A stretch of 64,000 bases of DNA, from IMG/VR virus record IMGVR_UViG_3300034091_000431, one strand, 5' to 3'. Of the stretch, positions 1-8,345 are shown piece by piece (the stretch's first letter is position 1; each line of letters begins with the position of its first letter). Under the pieces are notes generated by a model. The model was not told where the DNA came from and made no database searches. It saw only the letters and a program-made list of their open reading frames with translations. Made by a program: the position numbers and the translations under genes. Source of the DNA: an uncultured virus (IMG/VR IMGVR_UViG_3300034091_000431) (taxonomy: Duplodnaviria; Heunggongvirae; Uroviricota; Caudoviricetes).

Positions 1-926
1 GCGATCGCACGGAGAAGCGCCTCCGCCGAAATGAACCCGATGTCGGTGCGCACCATGCCGGGAGGGGTCTGGACCTGCGGCTGCTGCGGCGCCGGAGGCG
101 GTTGCTGTACTGGAGTGGGTTGAGGCTGCTGAGGCTGATGCGCTCCCGCCGCCCGCTGCATCTCCTGAAGGAGCTCGAACTGCTGCCGCTGCATCGCCTG
201 AAACATCGACCACTGGTCCGCTGGTGACGCACTCGGTGGAGGAGCGGCCGGAGGCGGTGGTGGTGGGGGAGGCGGTAAAGGAGGCGGCGGCAGTTGCGCC
301 TGAGGCTGCTGCACTCCGGCGGCCCGCTGCATCTCCTGAAGGAGCTCGAACTGCTGCCTCTGCATCGCCTGAAACGCAGTCCAGAGGTCCAGGGGCGACG
401 AACCCGCCGGAGGCTGCTGAACAGGGGGTGTCGGCTGCTGCTGGTAACCAGACTGCTGGTACTGGGGCGGAGGCTGCTGCGCTGGCGGTGGCCACGGAGG
501 GGTAGGCATGGCTTGTCCTTGCTGCTGCGGCTCGCTGGCCGGCATCGTGATGAACCCGAACCCGAGAGGCTCCTTGCCGGCGCGAAACGAGACCTCGTAC
601 TCCGCTTCCTGGTGCCTGCCGTGAAACTGCTGGAGCTCCCTGTAAAGGCCCGAACCGAGAACGGGCTGGGTCTCGATCACCGTCTGCGCTGGCGTTCCCG
701 TTACGCGCCTGACGTAGATCGTGATCGGACCTTTTCTCGACCCGCAGAAATCCTCGTACAGAACGAGTACGTCCCCCGTTTCGCTCTTTTTCCTAAAGTG
801 CGGCGACTCCGCCGAGACCTCAACGGGAACCGGAACCGGAGCCGGAGCCGTAGCGACGACGGGCGCCGCGACGTCGTTCTGCGCGGGAGGGGGAACTCCC
901 TGAAGCGTTCTGCGTCTTGCGGCCAT
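1..926 (-). CDS. Pro/Gln-rich hypothetical protein, runs off the left window edge
   Basis: Manual translation from ATG at 926 (MAARRRTLQG...) stays open to position 1. Contains two copies of FQAMQRQQFELLQEMQRAAG. Absent from the ORF track because its stop lies outside the window. Confidence 0.8.
   Translation of the reverse strand, partial: MAARRRTLQGVPPPAQNDVAAPVVATAPAPVPVPVEVSAESPHFRKKSETGDVLVLYEDFCGSRKGPITIYVRRVTGTPAQTVIETQPVLGSGLYRELQQFHGRHQEAEYEVSFRAGKEPLGFGFITMPASEPQQQGQAMPTPPWPPPAQQPPPQYQQSGYQQQPTPPVQQPPAGSSPLDLWTAFQAMQRQQFELLQEMQRAAGVQQPQAQLPPPPLPPPPPPPPPAAPPPSASPADQWSMFQAMQRQQFELLQEMQRAAGAHQPQQPQPTPVQQPPPAPQQPQVQTPPGMVRTDIGFISAEALLRAI
142..375. repeat. ~62-bp direct repeat, 2 copies (about 142-204 and 314-375), inside the CDS
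   Basis: gcccgctgcatctcctgaaggagctcgaactgctgcc-x-ctgcatcgcctgaaac occurs twice. Confidence 0.9.
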
Positions 927-928
927 GT

Positions 929-1516
929 CTACGACGGCACGCTGCTGGAGATTGCCTGGGTGCCATTCGGCGCGGGCGGCGGCTCTGGATCTCCCCCTTC
1001 ACCGTCGTCCGCATCCGGATCGTAAGCGTTCACGACGGGCGCGGCCTCGTCGGCCTCTTCGAGCTCGCCCACGAAGACCTCGGCCCCCATACTTCTCTGG
1101 ACGAGGCGTACGGACCAGAACGGGAGCTCGTCGATGATGCAGGCCTGCATGTCGTTCGTGAGCGAAAAAATGTAGACGATCTCACCGAGGCGGTGCATCC
1201 GGACGATCTTGAGCCGACTCTCTAGGGGGTGCGGCTTACCGAGAGCCCAGTACATCGGCGGCGTCTCCGCGATATCGGCCTCCACCGAAGGCGGAGGCGT
1301 AGGTGCCGGGATGTAGATCGGCCCCTGACAGTGCGGGCACTTCGCCTGCTGTTGCAGTTGCTGCGAAGGAGGCGACGGAGGCGGCTTCGGCTTCGCCTCC
1401 GTCGGGAAGATTGGATCGGAGACCACGACCGTGACGATCGGGTAGTTGAAGTCCGGTTCCGGCAGCTCGATCTGAGCGGCGGCAGCAGCGGCGGTGACGG
1501 CAGCGGGCATAGTCAT
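929..1516 (-). CDS. hypothetical protein (Pro-rich, CPHC motif)
   Basis: ORF 929..1630; likely start MTMPAA at 1516 after GGAGA; abuts the downstream gene. Confidence 0.65.
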   Translation of the reverse strand: MTMPAAVTAAAAAAQIELPEPDFNYPIVTVVVSDPIFPTEAKPKPPPSPPSQQLQQQAKCPHCQGPIYIPAPTPPPSVEADIAETPPMYWALGKPHPLESRLKIVRMHRLGEIVYIFSLTNDMQACIIDELPFWSVRLVQRSMGAEVFVGELEEADEAAPVVNAYDPDADDGEGGDPEPPPAPNGTQAISSSVPS

Positions 1517-1577
1517 GCTGTTTCTCTCCAGGGAAAGTTGGTCTTGGCGAACTCGCCGAAGTAGTGGAGGTCTGCGA

Positions 1578-2192
1578 TCACAGCTTGCCGTCCTCCGCAA
1601 AGGAGTAGAAGCTTGGACGCTCTGCGTCACCTCCGGTAATTATATGATCTATAAAGTCAATTCCGACAGTCTCAAAAGCCTCTACGAAGGCCTTGGTTGT
1701 TTCCTTGTCGGCCTGAGACGGCTTTGCTTCGATGCCGGAGGGGTGGCAATGAAAAATAATTCCAGCGGAAGCCCCATCCATGATCGCCGCATGAAGGGTT
1801 GGGATCATGGGTGCCATCACGGCCGCCGACTCCCCCCGGCCCGTGATGAACATCTTTCTGTACCGCAGGTGTAGGTCGAGGGTCATGACACCGAAGACCT
1901 CGTACGGTTCATCGCCGATGGCCTCCTCGATGATGCGGAACGCTTTCTTGGGATCGTTGAGTGGTCCGATCTCGTCTGCCAAAGCGTTGCAAGCAGCAGC
2001 AGGTTCCGGGTCTTTCTCGATCCGAAAAGCCGGTCGACATAGCGCCCCCCTGACAGTTCTGAGTTCGATCGGCTCGATCTCTCGTTTTCGAGACCGACGA
2101 GACGGCCGACGCTCGGCGAGCACACGTCCGCCCTGCGGGGCTTCACGACAGCCGCAGCTCGACTCACCGAAATTTCTCGAGAGAGGATTCAT
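1578..2192 (-). CDS. RadC-like JAB/MPN domain protein
   Basis: HCHPSG-x-PSQAD and FIDHII motifs, plus upstream EVFGVMTLD segment typical of RadC/JAB. Confidence 0.85.
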   Translation of the reverse strand: MNPLSRNFGESSCGCREAPQGGRVLAERRPSRRSRKREIEPIELRTVRGALCRPAFRIEKDPEPAAACNALADEIGPLNDPKKAFRIIEEAIGDEPYEVFGVMTLDLHLRYRKMFITGRGESAAVMAPMIPTLHAAIMDGASAGIIFHCHPSGIEAKPSQADKETTKAFVEAFETVGIDFIDHIITGGDAERPSFYSFAEDGKL

Positions 2193-2202
2193 GCCCAGCA
2201 TT

Positions 2203-2538
2203 CTACCCCGGCAGCGCGAATTTGCCGTCCTCGGCGGGCTTGAGGGGCTTGCCGCCGACCGAGAGTCGGTCGAGAGGCAGATCCTCGACGACCGCGAGGA
2301 TGTCGTCTTCCGCCATGATGAGCTTGTGGTAGCCGCCGCGGAGGAAGATGTTGTTGCTCTTGTAGGGCATGACGACGTCGCCGACCTTGTAGCCCTTCAC
2401 ATCCGGGCCGACCGCCTCGATCAGGATGAAGATCGAAGCCTTCATTCTGTCCTGATCGGGCAGGATGATCCCGCTCGCAGCCACGGTGATCTCGACCTGG
2501 GTACCGAGGATCTGGTTTCTCTTGGGAACGATCTTCAC
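2203..2538 (-). CDS. GroES/Cpn10-like co-chaperonin
   Basis: GTG start overlapping the upstream stop; KIVPKRNQIL...SGIILPD...AVGPDVKGYKVGDVV...EDDILAVVE follows the Cpn10 pattern. Confidence 0.8.
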   Translation of the reverse strand: MKIVPKRNQILGTQVEITVAASGIILPDQDRMKASIFILIEAVGPDVKGYKVGDVVMPYKSNNIFLRGGYHKLIMAEDDILAVVEDLPLDRLSVGGKPLKPAEDGKFALPG

Positions 2539-2990
2539 GGGGTCTTCTCCTTCTCCGGCAGCGCCGGCACCTTCTCTGGCGGCACCGTCACCGCGCTTCC
2601 TCGAATCGCCTCGAGTTCCGCCTGCGCCATCCCGAGCTCCGCGATCACCTCGCTGAAATGCTCCCGAGACGGCGCGAAATACGGCTGCTTGGCCAGTTGT
2701 CGAGCATCGATCGGCGCGAACTGCCTCGCAGCGTTCAGGATGACGAGGGCGCTCATCCGGATCTCGCGGTCCGGGCACTCGGGCAGGCACATGGCGGTTT
2801 CGTGATCCTTCGCGGGACACTCCGGAGCGTGCTTGCACGCCTCCTCGATCGACTCCGCCTGCTTGAGAGCGATGTCCCAGGCGTACTTTGAACGCCAGAG
2901 AGCCAGCTTCAGGGCGTTCCAGTGCCCCACCTTGATCTTGACTTCCTTGTCGTCGGGGGACTCCCAACCGCCCATCTTCACGTAGTCCAT
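2535..2990 (-). CDS. hypothetical protein (Cys/His cluster)
   Basis: Start MDYVKMGG at 2990; coupled to neighbours on both sides. Confidence 0.6.
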   Translation of the reverse strand: MDYVKMGGWESPDDKEVKIKVGHWNALKLALWRSKYAWDIALKQAESIEEACKHAPECPAKDHETAMCLPECPDREIRMSALVILNAARQFAPIDARQLAKQPYFAPSREHFSEVIAELGMAQAELEAIRGSAVTVPPEKVPALPEKEKTP

Positions 2991-3187
2991 CAGGTGAGTC
3001 TCCCGTCCGGCTCTTTTATCCGGATGAACCCTTCTGCCGGCTGCCTCGTAGCTGCTTGACAGAGAATTGTCCGCATCCAGACCGATCGACTGACGCCACA
3101 ACGCTTTGCTCGCGCCTCGATGTCACGAACCTGATCGGCCGTGAACTTGAGCGAAACCACTCGGTCCTTGTGCGGCAGTGCTGCCAT
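2990..3187 (-). CDS. ribbon-helix-helix DNA-binding protein
   Basis: VVSLKFTADQVRDIEARAKRCGVSRSVWMR, an RHH pattern. Confidence 0.7.
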   Translation of the reverse strand: MAALPHKDRVVSLKFTADQVRDIEARAKRCGVSRSVWMRTILCQAATRQPAEGFIRIKEPDGRLT

Positions 3188-3283
3188 AAAGAGGTAATCC
3201 CCGGGGATGCCGTAGGGACTCTGCACGGCATACTGCGGGAAGTCGGATAGACCTGTCAAGCTCGGTCCGGTAGACTCTTCATC

Positions 3284-3703
3284 GTGCAGTTCGGCGCCGA
3301 CTCAAGTCTTGCAGCGCAGTGCGCTCAGGTGCCGACTCCGGACGGCTGGCGGCCTTGGGCAGATCTTGATGGGAACGTACCCGACGCTCTCGCCAAACGC
3401 GCCGCCGCTCTCGCCTCCGACCAAAGCCTGCCACTCGGGACGACCGAGAGTTTTCCGCTGCCCGGCGTCATCACGCTTATCCGGGTCGAACCGCGCGTTT
3501 GGGGCAAGGACGACAAGGGAAACCTCGTGCAGGGCTGCTTTCGAAGCGGCAGTGTCTATCTCCCATATGCCTCTGCCACGGGCGCGGGTATCCGACCGCC
3601 GCAGGTAGACCCCTGGTCGAGGACTGCAACCGTTCTGACCGTGGCAAGTCTTTCGGTCGGGACCGTCGCGACCCTCGTATCGCTGCACCGAGGTGCAAAA
3701 TGA
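3284..3703 (+). CDS. hypothetical protein with C-terminal hydrophobic anchor
   Basis: ORF track; C-terminal VLTVASLSVGTVATLVSL; first gene of a coupled operon. Confidence 0.65.
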   Translation: MQFGADSSLAAQCAQVPTPDGWRPWADLDGNVPDALAKRAAALASDQSLPLGTTESFPLPGVITLIRVEPRVWGKDDKGNLVQGCFRSGSVYLPYASATGAGIRPPQVDPWSRTATVLTVASLSVGTVATLVSLHRGAK

Positions 3704-3888
3704 GCGAACGTATCTGCAAAGACGGCAAAGAGGTCGTCGGCTTCGGCGATGGAACCGTTTCAGCGCCGCACATGGTTCGGCAGCCCTCGCCGTGGGCGGT
3801 CGCGATCACTACCAGCATCGTCGGTGCCGCGGTAGGATGGGTGATAGAAGAAGTCGCGACCCACGTTCGCGGAAGGAGACGCACATGA
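3700..3888 (+). CDS. small membrane protein with variant leader (ICKDGKEVVGFGD)
   Basis: ATGA overlap with the upstream stop; hydrophobic WAVAITTSIVGAAVGWVI. Confidence 0.7.
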   Translation: MSERICKDGKEVVGFGDGTVSAPHMVRQPSPWAVAITTSIVGAAVGWVIEEVATHVRGRRRT

Positions 3889-4028
3889 TTCGTCGTAACG
3901 GTCAACCGGTCCCCGGTTTCGCGCTCGGCCAGGTCACCGTCGATGGGCCCTCCATCGTCCACACGGCCGTCGGGATCGGCGTCATTGTGCTCCTCATCGG
4001 GGGCGTACTGTATTTCGTCCGACGCTAA
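3885..4028 (+). CDS. small membrane protein, GFALG-leader family
   Basis: MIRRNGQPVPGFALGQ...VLLIGGVLYFVRR; AAGGAG RBS; ATGA overlap. Confidence 0.75.
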   Translation: MIRRNGQPVPGFALGQVTVDGPSIVHTAVGIGVIVLLIGGVLYFVRR

Positions 4029-4041
4029 AAGGAGGACGCAC

Positions 4042-4197
4042 GTGAAGAGGGTGTACGACAGATACTACGAGGTCCGGTACCCAGACGGGCGACCGCGTCT
4101 CTGGACCGTGTCGAGAGACGAAGCGATTCGTTTCTCGGATCTTGCGTTCAAGGCGGAGGGCGTCGCCTGCCTGGTCACCGAAGTGTCCCGAGCATGA
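4042..4197 (+). CDS. small hypothetical protein
   Basis: AGGAGG RBS before GTG 4042; stop overlaps the next ATG. Confidence 0.6.
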   Translation: MKRVYDRYYEVRYPDGRPRLWTVSRDEAIRFSDLAFKAEGVACLVTEVSRA

Positions 4198-4619
4198 TCT
4201 CGCTCAACGGTCGCCAGGTACCCGGCTTCGCGCTCGGAAACATCGTCGCTCCCGATCTGCGCAGTACGAGCGAGGCGGAGCTGACACTCATGCGCGCCGA
4301 CGCGGCGCAGGCCAAGACGATTGCCGACTATAAGACCGTCGGTCAGTTCGGCGCCGAGACTCTGGGTCCCGACATCGACAACGTCGGACCCGCTGAGGTC
4401 ACACAACCCTTCACACACCGCGCGTGGGAGACCAACAAAACGCTCGCGGCGACCACCGACATCGTGGAAGCGAAGAATCTCGTCGATCTCATGCTGATCG
4501 ATTACCAGCAGGCGCTCGCGGCGAGCCGCAAGAAGGAGACGTCCGGAGGGTGGACGTCGTTCTTCGTCCCCTTGGGCGCCCTCGTCCTCATCGGCGGCGT
4601 CTGGTACCTCGTCCGATGA
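4194..4619 (+). CDS. tail-anchored protein, GFALG-leader family
   Basis: MISLNGRQVPGFALGN...SGGWTSFFVPLGALVLIGGVWYLVR. Confidence 0.8.
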   Translation: MISLNGRQVPGFALGNIVAPDLRSTSEAELTLMRADAAQAKTIADYKTVGQFGAETLGPDIDNVGPAEVTQPFTHRAWETNKTLAATTDIVEAKNLVDLMLIDYQQALAASRKKETSGGWTSFFVPLGALVLIGGVWYLVR

Positions 4620-5089
4620 ACCTTCATGGCCGACGGGTGCCCGGGTTCGCGCTTGGAGCGGATCCTCAGCCGAAGGTGTACGACCAGACAACGAAGTCGA
4701 TCGACGCGCGTCCCGGTGAGTCCTTCCTCGTGGCGTTGCCGGGCAACGTGACCACAGGCTACGAGTGGCGTGCGGATGCGCCAGCAGGCGTGATCACAGT
4801 TGCGAAGCCGACCTACGCAGCCGACCCACACCCTGCCGGCAGCGCCGGCTACGGGGGTACGTACACGTTCGCGGTCACCGCGATAGCACTCGGTTCGACA
4901 ACGCTCCATTTCGTGTACGTACGAGCTTGGGAAACCGCCCCGGTCCCCGCGAACGAGCTGAGAATGGAAGTCGCCGTCAGCGATGACGCGACACCGCCAG
5001 TTAGGTATCAGCAGTGGGCAAGAGTCCTCGTCCCAGCCGGTATCCTCGCTCTCGTCGGCATCGGCAGCGTCTGGTACGTTACGAGGTAG
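4616..5089 (+). CDS. chagasin-family (I42) cysteine-protease inhibitor with GFALG leader and C-terminal TM anchor
   Basis: ATG 4616 MNLHGRRVPGFALGA; GESFLVALPGNVTTGYEW, GxGG-x-F and YVRAWE match the chagasin NPTTGY-W / GxGG / RPW loops. Confidence 0.8.
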   Translation: MNLHGRRVPGFALGADPQPKVYDQTTKSIDARPGESFLVALPGNVTTGYEWRADAPAGVITVAKPTYAADPHPAGSAGYGGTYTFAVTAIALGSTTLHFVYVRAWETAPVPANELRMEVAVSDDATPPVRYQQWARVLVPAGILALVGIGSVWYVTR

Positions 5090-5092
5090 CCG

Positions 5093-5683
5093 ATGGAACG
5101 GATCTGCCTCAACGGTCGACAGGTGCCCGGGTTCGCGCTCGGAGACGCATCGTCCGACCCGTGCACGGCTTGGCCGTTCCAGGGTCTCTTCGGCTACACG
5201 ACCGAGCTCCCGGTCCTGAAGGCTGAGGACGAACAGAGCGACCAGTACATGAAGAGCCTGAACACGGCTCTCACCGGACCGTGCCCGTCGATGCGCGACG
5301 TGGACAAGGTTGCTTGGACGGCGCTCTACCAGAAGTGGCAGACCCTTCACGCAGCCATCCAGGACTTCCTCTCGAGCCCTAGGCTCACCGGCATCTGGCA
5401 GGGCTACAAGGTCATGGCCGCCGAGTACATGTGCCGGATCGCTGCCATCCGCAAGCAGGCCGACGACTACCAGAGCAAGGGGATCACGCAGTGCGATCCG
5501 AAGACCATCCCGAACGCGCCGCCTCCGCCTGAGCCTCCCCACAAGGACACCGACAAGAAGGATGGCTGGCTCGACACGGTCAAGACCGTAGCCGGCACGA
5601 CAGCGGTCATCGTCGCCGTCGCGGGCGGCGTCTACCTCGTCTACAAGGCGACAGAGTACCTGCCGCCGCCGAAAAAGCGATGA
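5093..5683 (+). CDS. tail-anchored protein, GFALG-leader family
   Basis: MERICLNGRQVPGFALGD; Pro-rich linker; C-terminal VIVAVAGGVYLVYK. Confidence 0.8.
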   Translation: MERICLNGRQVPGFALGDASSDPCTAWPFQGLFGYTTELPVLKAEDEQSDQYMKSLNTALTGPCPSMRDVDKVAWTALYQKWQTLHAAIQDFLSSPRLTGIWQGYKVMAAEYMCRIAAIRKQADDYQSKGITQCDPKTIPNAPPPPEPPHKDTDKKDGWLDTVKTVAGTTAVIVAVAGGVYLVYKATEYLPPPKKR

Positions 5684-6186
5684 GCCGAAGCCTCCGCCTC
5701 GCCCACCTACCCGCAGGCCACTCGCACCTGAGGTTCTCGGGGTACCTCACCGCACCAGTCACCGACCAGCAACTCTCCGAAGCGCTGGGCGTCTACTTCG
5801 TCAACCTCCGGTTGTACCGAGACCGCTCAACCCTCCCACCGGACTGGCCGACGCGCGACGAGGTCGCCGCTCCGGCAGGAAGGACCACGATCTGGGGCGA
5901 AGGCGACGACATCTCCTCGGCGACCGTCCTCGGTGACCCCGAGACGCCGTGGCGCTTGCTCGTCGGTCAGGGCCAGCTGGTGGTCGACAACATCTGGCTC
6001 TACGACGCTGCGGCGGATCCGTGGCCGGCCGGAATGACGCCGTGCCCGACGTGTCCGCCGTGCTTCCAGCAGGCGGTAAGGCCGCCTGTAGCGAGCGAAG
6101 GAGGGCATCCGGTCGCCATCGGTGTAGTTGGAGCTCTACTCGGAGCCGTTCTCGGGGGAGCCGCCGTTCTGGTGTGGAGAGGATAA
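5680..6186 (+). CDS. hypothetical protein with C-terminal Gly-rich TM anchor
   Basis: ORF track; VAIGVVGALLGAVLGGAAVLVWRG. Confidence 0.7.
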   Translation: MSRSLRLAHLPAGHSHLRFSGYLTAPVTDQQLSEALGVYFVNLRLYRDRSTLPPDWPTRDEVAAPAGRTTIWGEGDDISSATVLGDPETPWRLLVGQGQLVVDNIWLYDAAADPWPAGMTPCPTCPPCFQQAVRPPVASEGGHPVAIGVVGALLGAVLGGAAVLVWRG

Positions 6187-6188
6187 AA

Positions 6189-6269
6189 ATGAGCCAGATC
6201 TTCTTGGGCGGAGTCCCCGTTGTTGGATTCGGAGACCACATGGTCTGCGATTCTCCTGAGCAGGACTGA
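6189..6269 (+). CDS. 26-aa peptide consisting almost only of the variant leader (possible truncated remnant)
   Basis: MSQIFLGGVPVVGFGDHMVCDSPEQD; GAGG RBS; resembles the leader at 3700. Confidence 0.45.
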   Translation: MSQIFLGGVPVVGFGDHMVCDSPEQD

Positions 6270-6377
6270 GCGTGCGGGGACGCGTTAGCGCGAGACAACC
6301 GAGCACGATCACAAGGACGAACGCCACGCACAACTCGACAACGCTAGTAACCGTTGCGGGAGCATCCAAGAACGCGC

Positions 6378-6405
6378 TTGACATGATGCCGCATCATGCC
6401 AGGAT
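6378..6405 (+). promoter_or_regulatory. sigma70-like promoter with overlapping palindromic operator
   Basis: TTGACA-16-CAGGAT; perfect inverted repeat CATGATGC-C-GCATCATG at 6382-6398. Confidence 0.65.
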
Positions 6406-6667
6406 GGTCGTCGTGACGCAAGCTGGACCCTTGAAGATGCGCGCGCTATCGCTCGACGCCGCAGGTGAACGCGATCTGGCTCGTAACTCGTGGCTAGCTG
6501 CTGCGAAACTAGAGCTAGAGCGATTAGTTCCGGCCGAAGGTCCGGATTTCCGTAACGATATCGGCGAAGTTATCGCTTGCCTGGCGCAAGCATGCACACC
6601 GATGCCGAAAGATAAAGCACGTGCAGTCGTAGCCAGATTCATGCAGAGCGTGAAGCCTCGCAAATGA
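6404..6667 (+). CDS. hypothetical protein (start uncertain, 6404 or 6413)
   Basis: 3' part of ORF 6272..6667, downstream of the promoter; stop overlaps the next ATG. Confidence 0.5.
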   Translation: MVVVTQAGPLKMRALSLDAAGERDLARNSWLAAAKLELERLVPAEGPDFRNDIGEVIACLAQACTPMPKDKARAVVARFMQSVKPRK

Positions 6668-6834
6668 CCCGCTCCGACCCCCAAGTCACCCGCCTCGCCG
6701 TAGAGGCCGACTGCGACCCACGCACCGCCCTCGCCGTACTCGAGGGGCGCGCCGTACGGCCGCGCATCCGAGAACGGATCGAGAAGGCGGCGAAGAGGCT
6801 CAAGATGAAGCTACCTAAGACGGCCAAGGAGTAA
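6664..6834 (+). CDS. stand-alone LacI-like HTH protein, copy 1
   Basis: Manual translation MTRSDPQVTRLAVEADCDPRTALAVLEGRAVRPRIRERIEKAAKRLKMKLPKTAKE; paralog at 12277. Confidence 0.75.
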   Translation: MTRSDPQVTRLAVEADCDPRTALAVLEGRAVRPRIRERIEKAAKRLKMKLPKTAKE

Positions 6835-6836
6835 GC

Positions 6837-7073
6837 ATGTCAGTAACCCACACGTTCAAGTGCGACTGCTGCGGCAAGACAGCCAAAGACGTCCCGTCCG
6901 GGATGTTGCCCGAAGGGTGGTTCGGACTGGGAGGGAAAGAGGCTCCACACTTCAAGGAGCAGTTGTGCTCCGAAGCGTGTGTTCTCAAAGTTGCTGCCGT
7001 ATACGTGGAGGCTGGATTGAAGACGGACACGCAGTGGTCCACACCGTTCGAAATCAAGTTCTATCGACAATGA
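6837..7073 (+). CDS. small Zn-finger-like protein
   Basis: CDCCG...LCSEAC; AAGGAG RBS. Confidence 0.6.
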   Translation: MSVTHTFKCDCCGKTAKDVPSGMLPEGWFGLGGKEAPHFKEQLCSEACVLKVAAVYVEAGLKTDTQWSTPFEIKFYRQ

Positions 7074-7931
7074 CCACCATCCTCACCCCGGACAAACAGC
7101 GCCTCCTCATCTTCGACGAATTCCGCGAGGACTTCGAACTCCCCAAGTACAAGTTCCCGGAACAAGATGGCCCGGACGTCGTCCTCGCCTCCAGTCAGAT
7201 GTCTTCGGGACCTCGCATTACCGGAAGCCAACTCCGACGCTTTCACCGCCTCGCTGATGGAGACGCAGAGGCAAACGTTGGCATCGAGGAGATCGCGTCC
7301 GTCACGCAGCCGATGTCCTTCTGGAATCGCCTGTTCGGCAAGAAAGACACGAGGGAGACGACCGGTACCATGTCGGTCGAGGAATTCTTCTCGTCCGTAA
7401 AGAACACTGCCGAGGAGCTCCAGATCGTGAAGGAGCGGGCAAAGGGTTACGAGGAGGCGGTGAAAAAACGCTCGCGCGACTGGGCAGCGAGCACTCGTCG
7501 AGCGGCTCGAAGCGGGTCTCAACGCCGTCCGCATGGAGACGCAGCTCGTTGCGATGGGCCTGACCAAGTACCTCAGCGAAGAGAGTCTTGTCTGCTTCTA
7601 CAAGGCGTCGAAGAAGGGTCTGCGCCTCGACTGGGTCGCCAACTTCACGCGAACGATCCCTCCTGAAGTCACGACCAAGAAAGTGCGCGCCGACGAAGTA
7701 GGTGCGTTCGACAACTACGTAGTGCTCCACTACGACCCCGCCGAGAAAGCGTTCTCGGAAACCGAGTGGGAGCAACTTGCCCGAACGAGCAAGGACCCCA
7801 TCCTGTTCGGCCTCATGAAGGGCCGACGCATCCTCTACTTCGTCGGCGACTGGATCGACGAGGTCTGCGACCTCACGCTGGACCAGCTCGCAGACGTCAT
7901 CGGCAAAGATGCCGTAAAGACGATCGCCTGA
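7070..7931 (+). pseudogene. phage-type hypothetical protein split by a +1 frameshift at an A6 run (7463-7468)
   Basis: Removing one A joins MTTILTPD...EAVK to NARATGQRALVERLEAG...METQ...DPILFG...GDWIDEVCDLTL; the span is 861+1 nt. Confidence 0.65.
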
Positions 7932-8037
7932 CAGACGCGGGCCCGCTCGCGTCAAGACACGAGTCAAGCCCACGGGGCTGACGACTCGGCCTGCCGTCAG
8001 CAACCACACCGGCCTGGATGGCCGCAATGCCGGTGGG

Positions 8038-8328
8038 TCAAGCGCAGCCTATCCCAACACGTATCCGTTCCGCCACCCTGTAGAACACGGGATCCATCGA
8101 GAGCGGCTTCGTCACCGGCGAACCCATGCCGTCCAGGTTCATGAACGTGCTGAACTGTTTTTCCCACACCAGACGTACGAGCTCCGCCGACGGCTTTACG
8201 CCGCCATCGATCGCGTCCGCGATTAGCTTGGCCTCGTGATCGTACTCGTCCGGATCGCATCCCAGACGAAGGAGACCTTCGGGATCGAGGTCTACCAACG
8301 CAGTGCGCACTATCTCGAACGTGCTCAT
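8038..8328 (-). CDS. hypothetical protein (DP-x-DEYD-xE motif, DUF1871-like)
   Basis: LDPEGLLRLGCDPDEYDHEAKLI; start at ATG 8328, downstream of the tRNA-like genes. Confidence 0.55.
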   Translation of the reverse strand: MSTFEIVRTALVDLDPEGLLRLGCDPDEYDHEAKLIADAIDGGVKPSAELVRLVWEKQFSTFMNLDGMGSPVTKPLSMDPVFYRVAERIRVGIGCA

Positions 8329-8345
8329 TTCCACCAGCTTACCAG

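Noticed and set aside
1807..2805. Long plus-strand ORF (332 aa) and similar long ORFs such as 4502-5542, 32626-33678, 42423-43388 and 56307-57923
   Set aside because: Antisense or alternate-frame shadows of recognisable genes; expected in GC-rich DNA with few stop codons.
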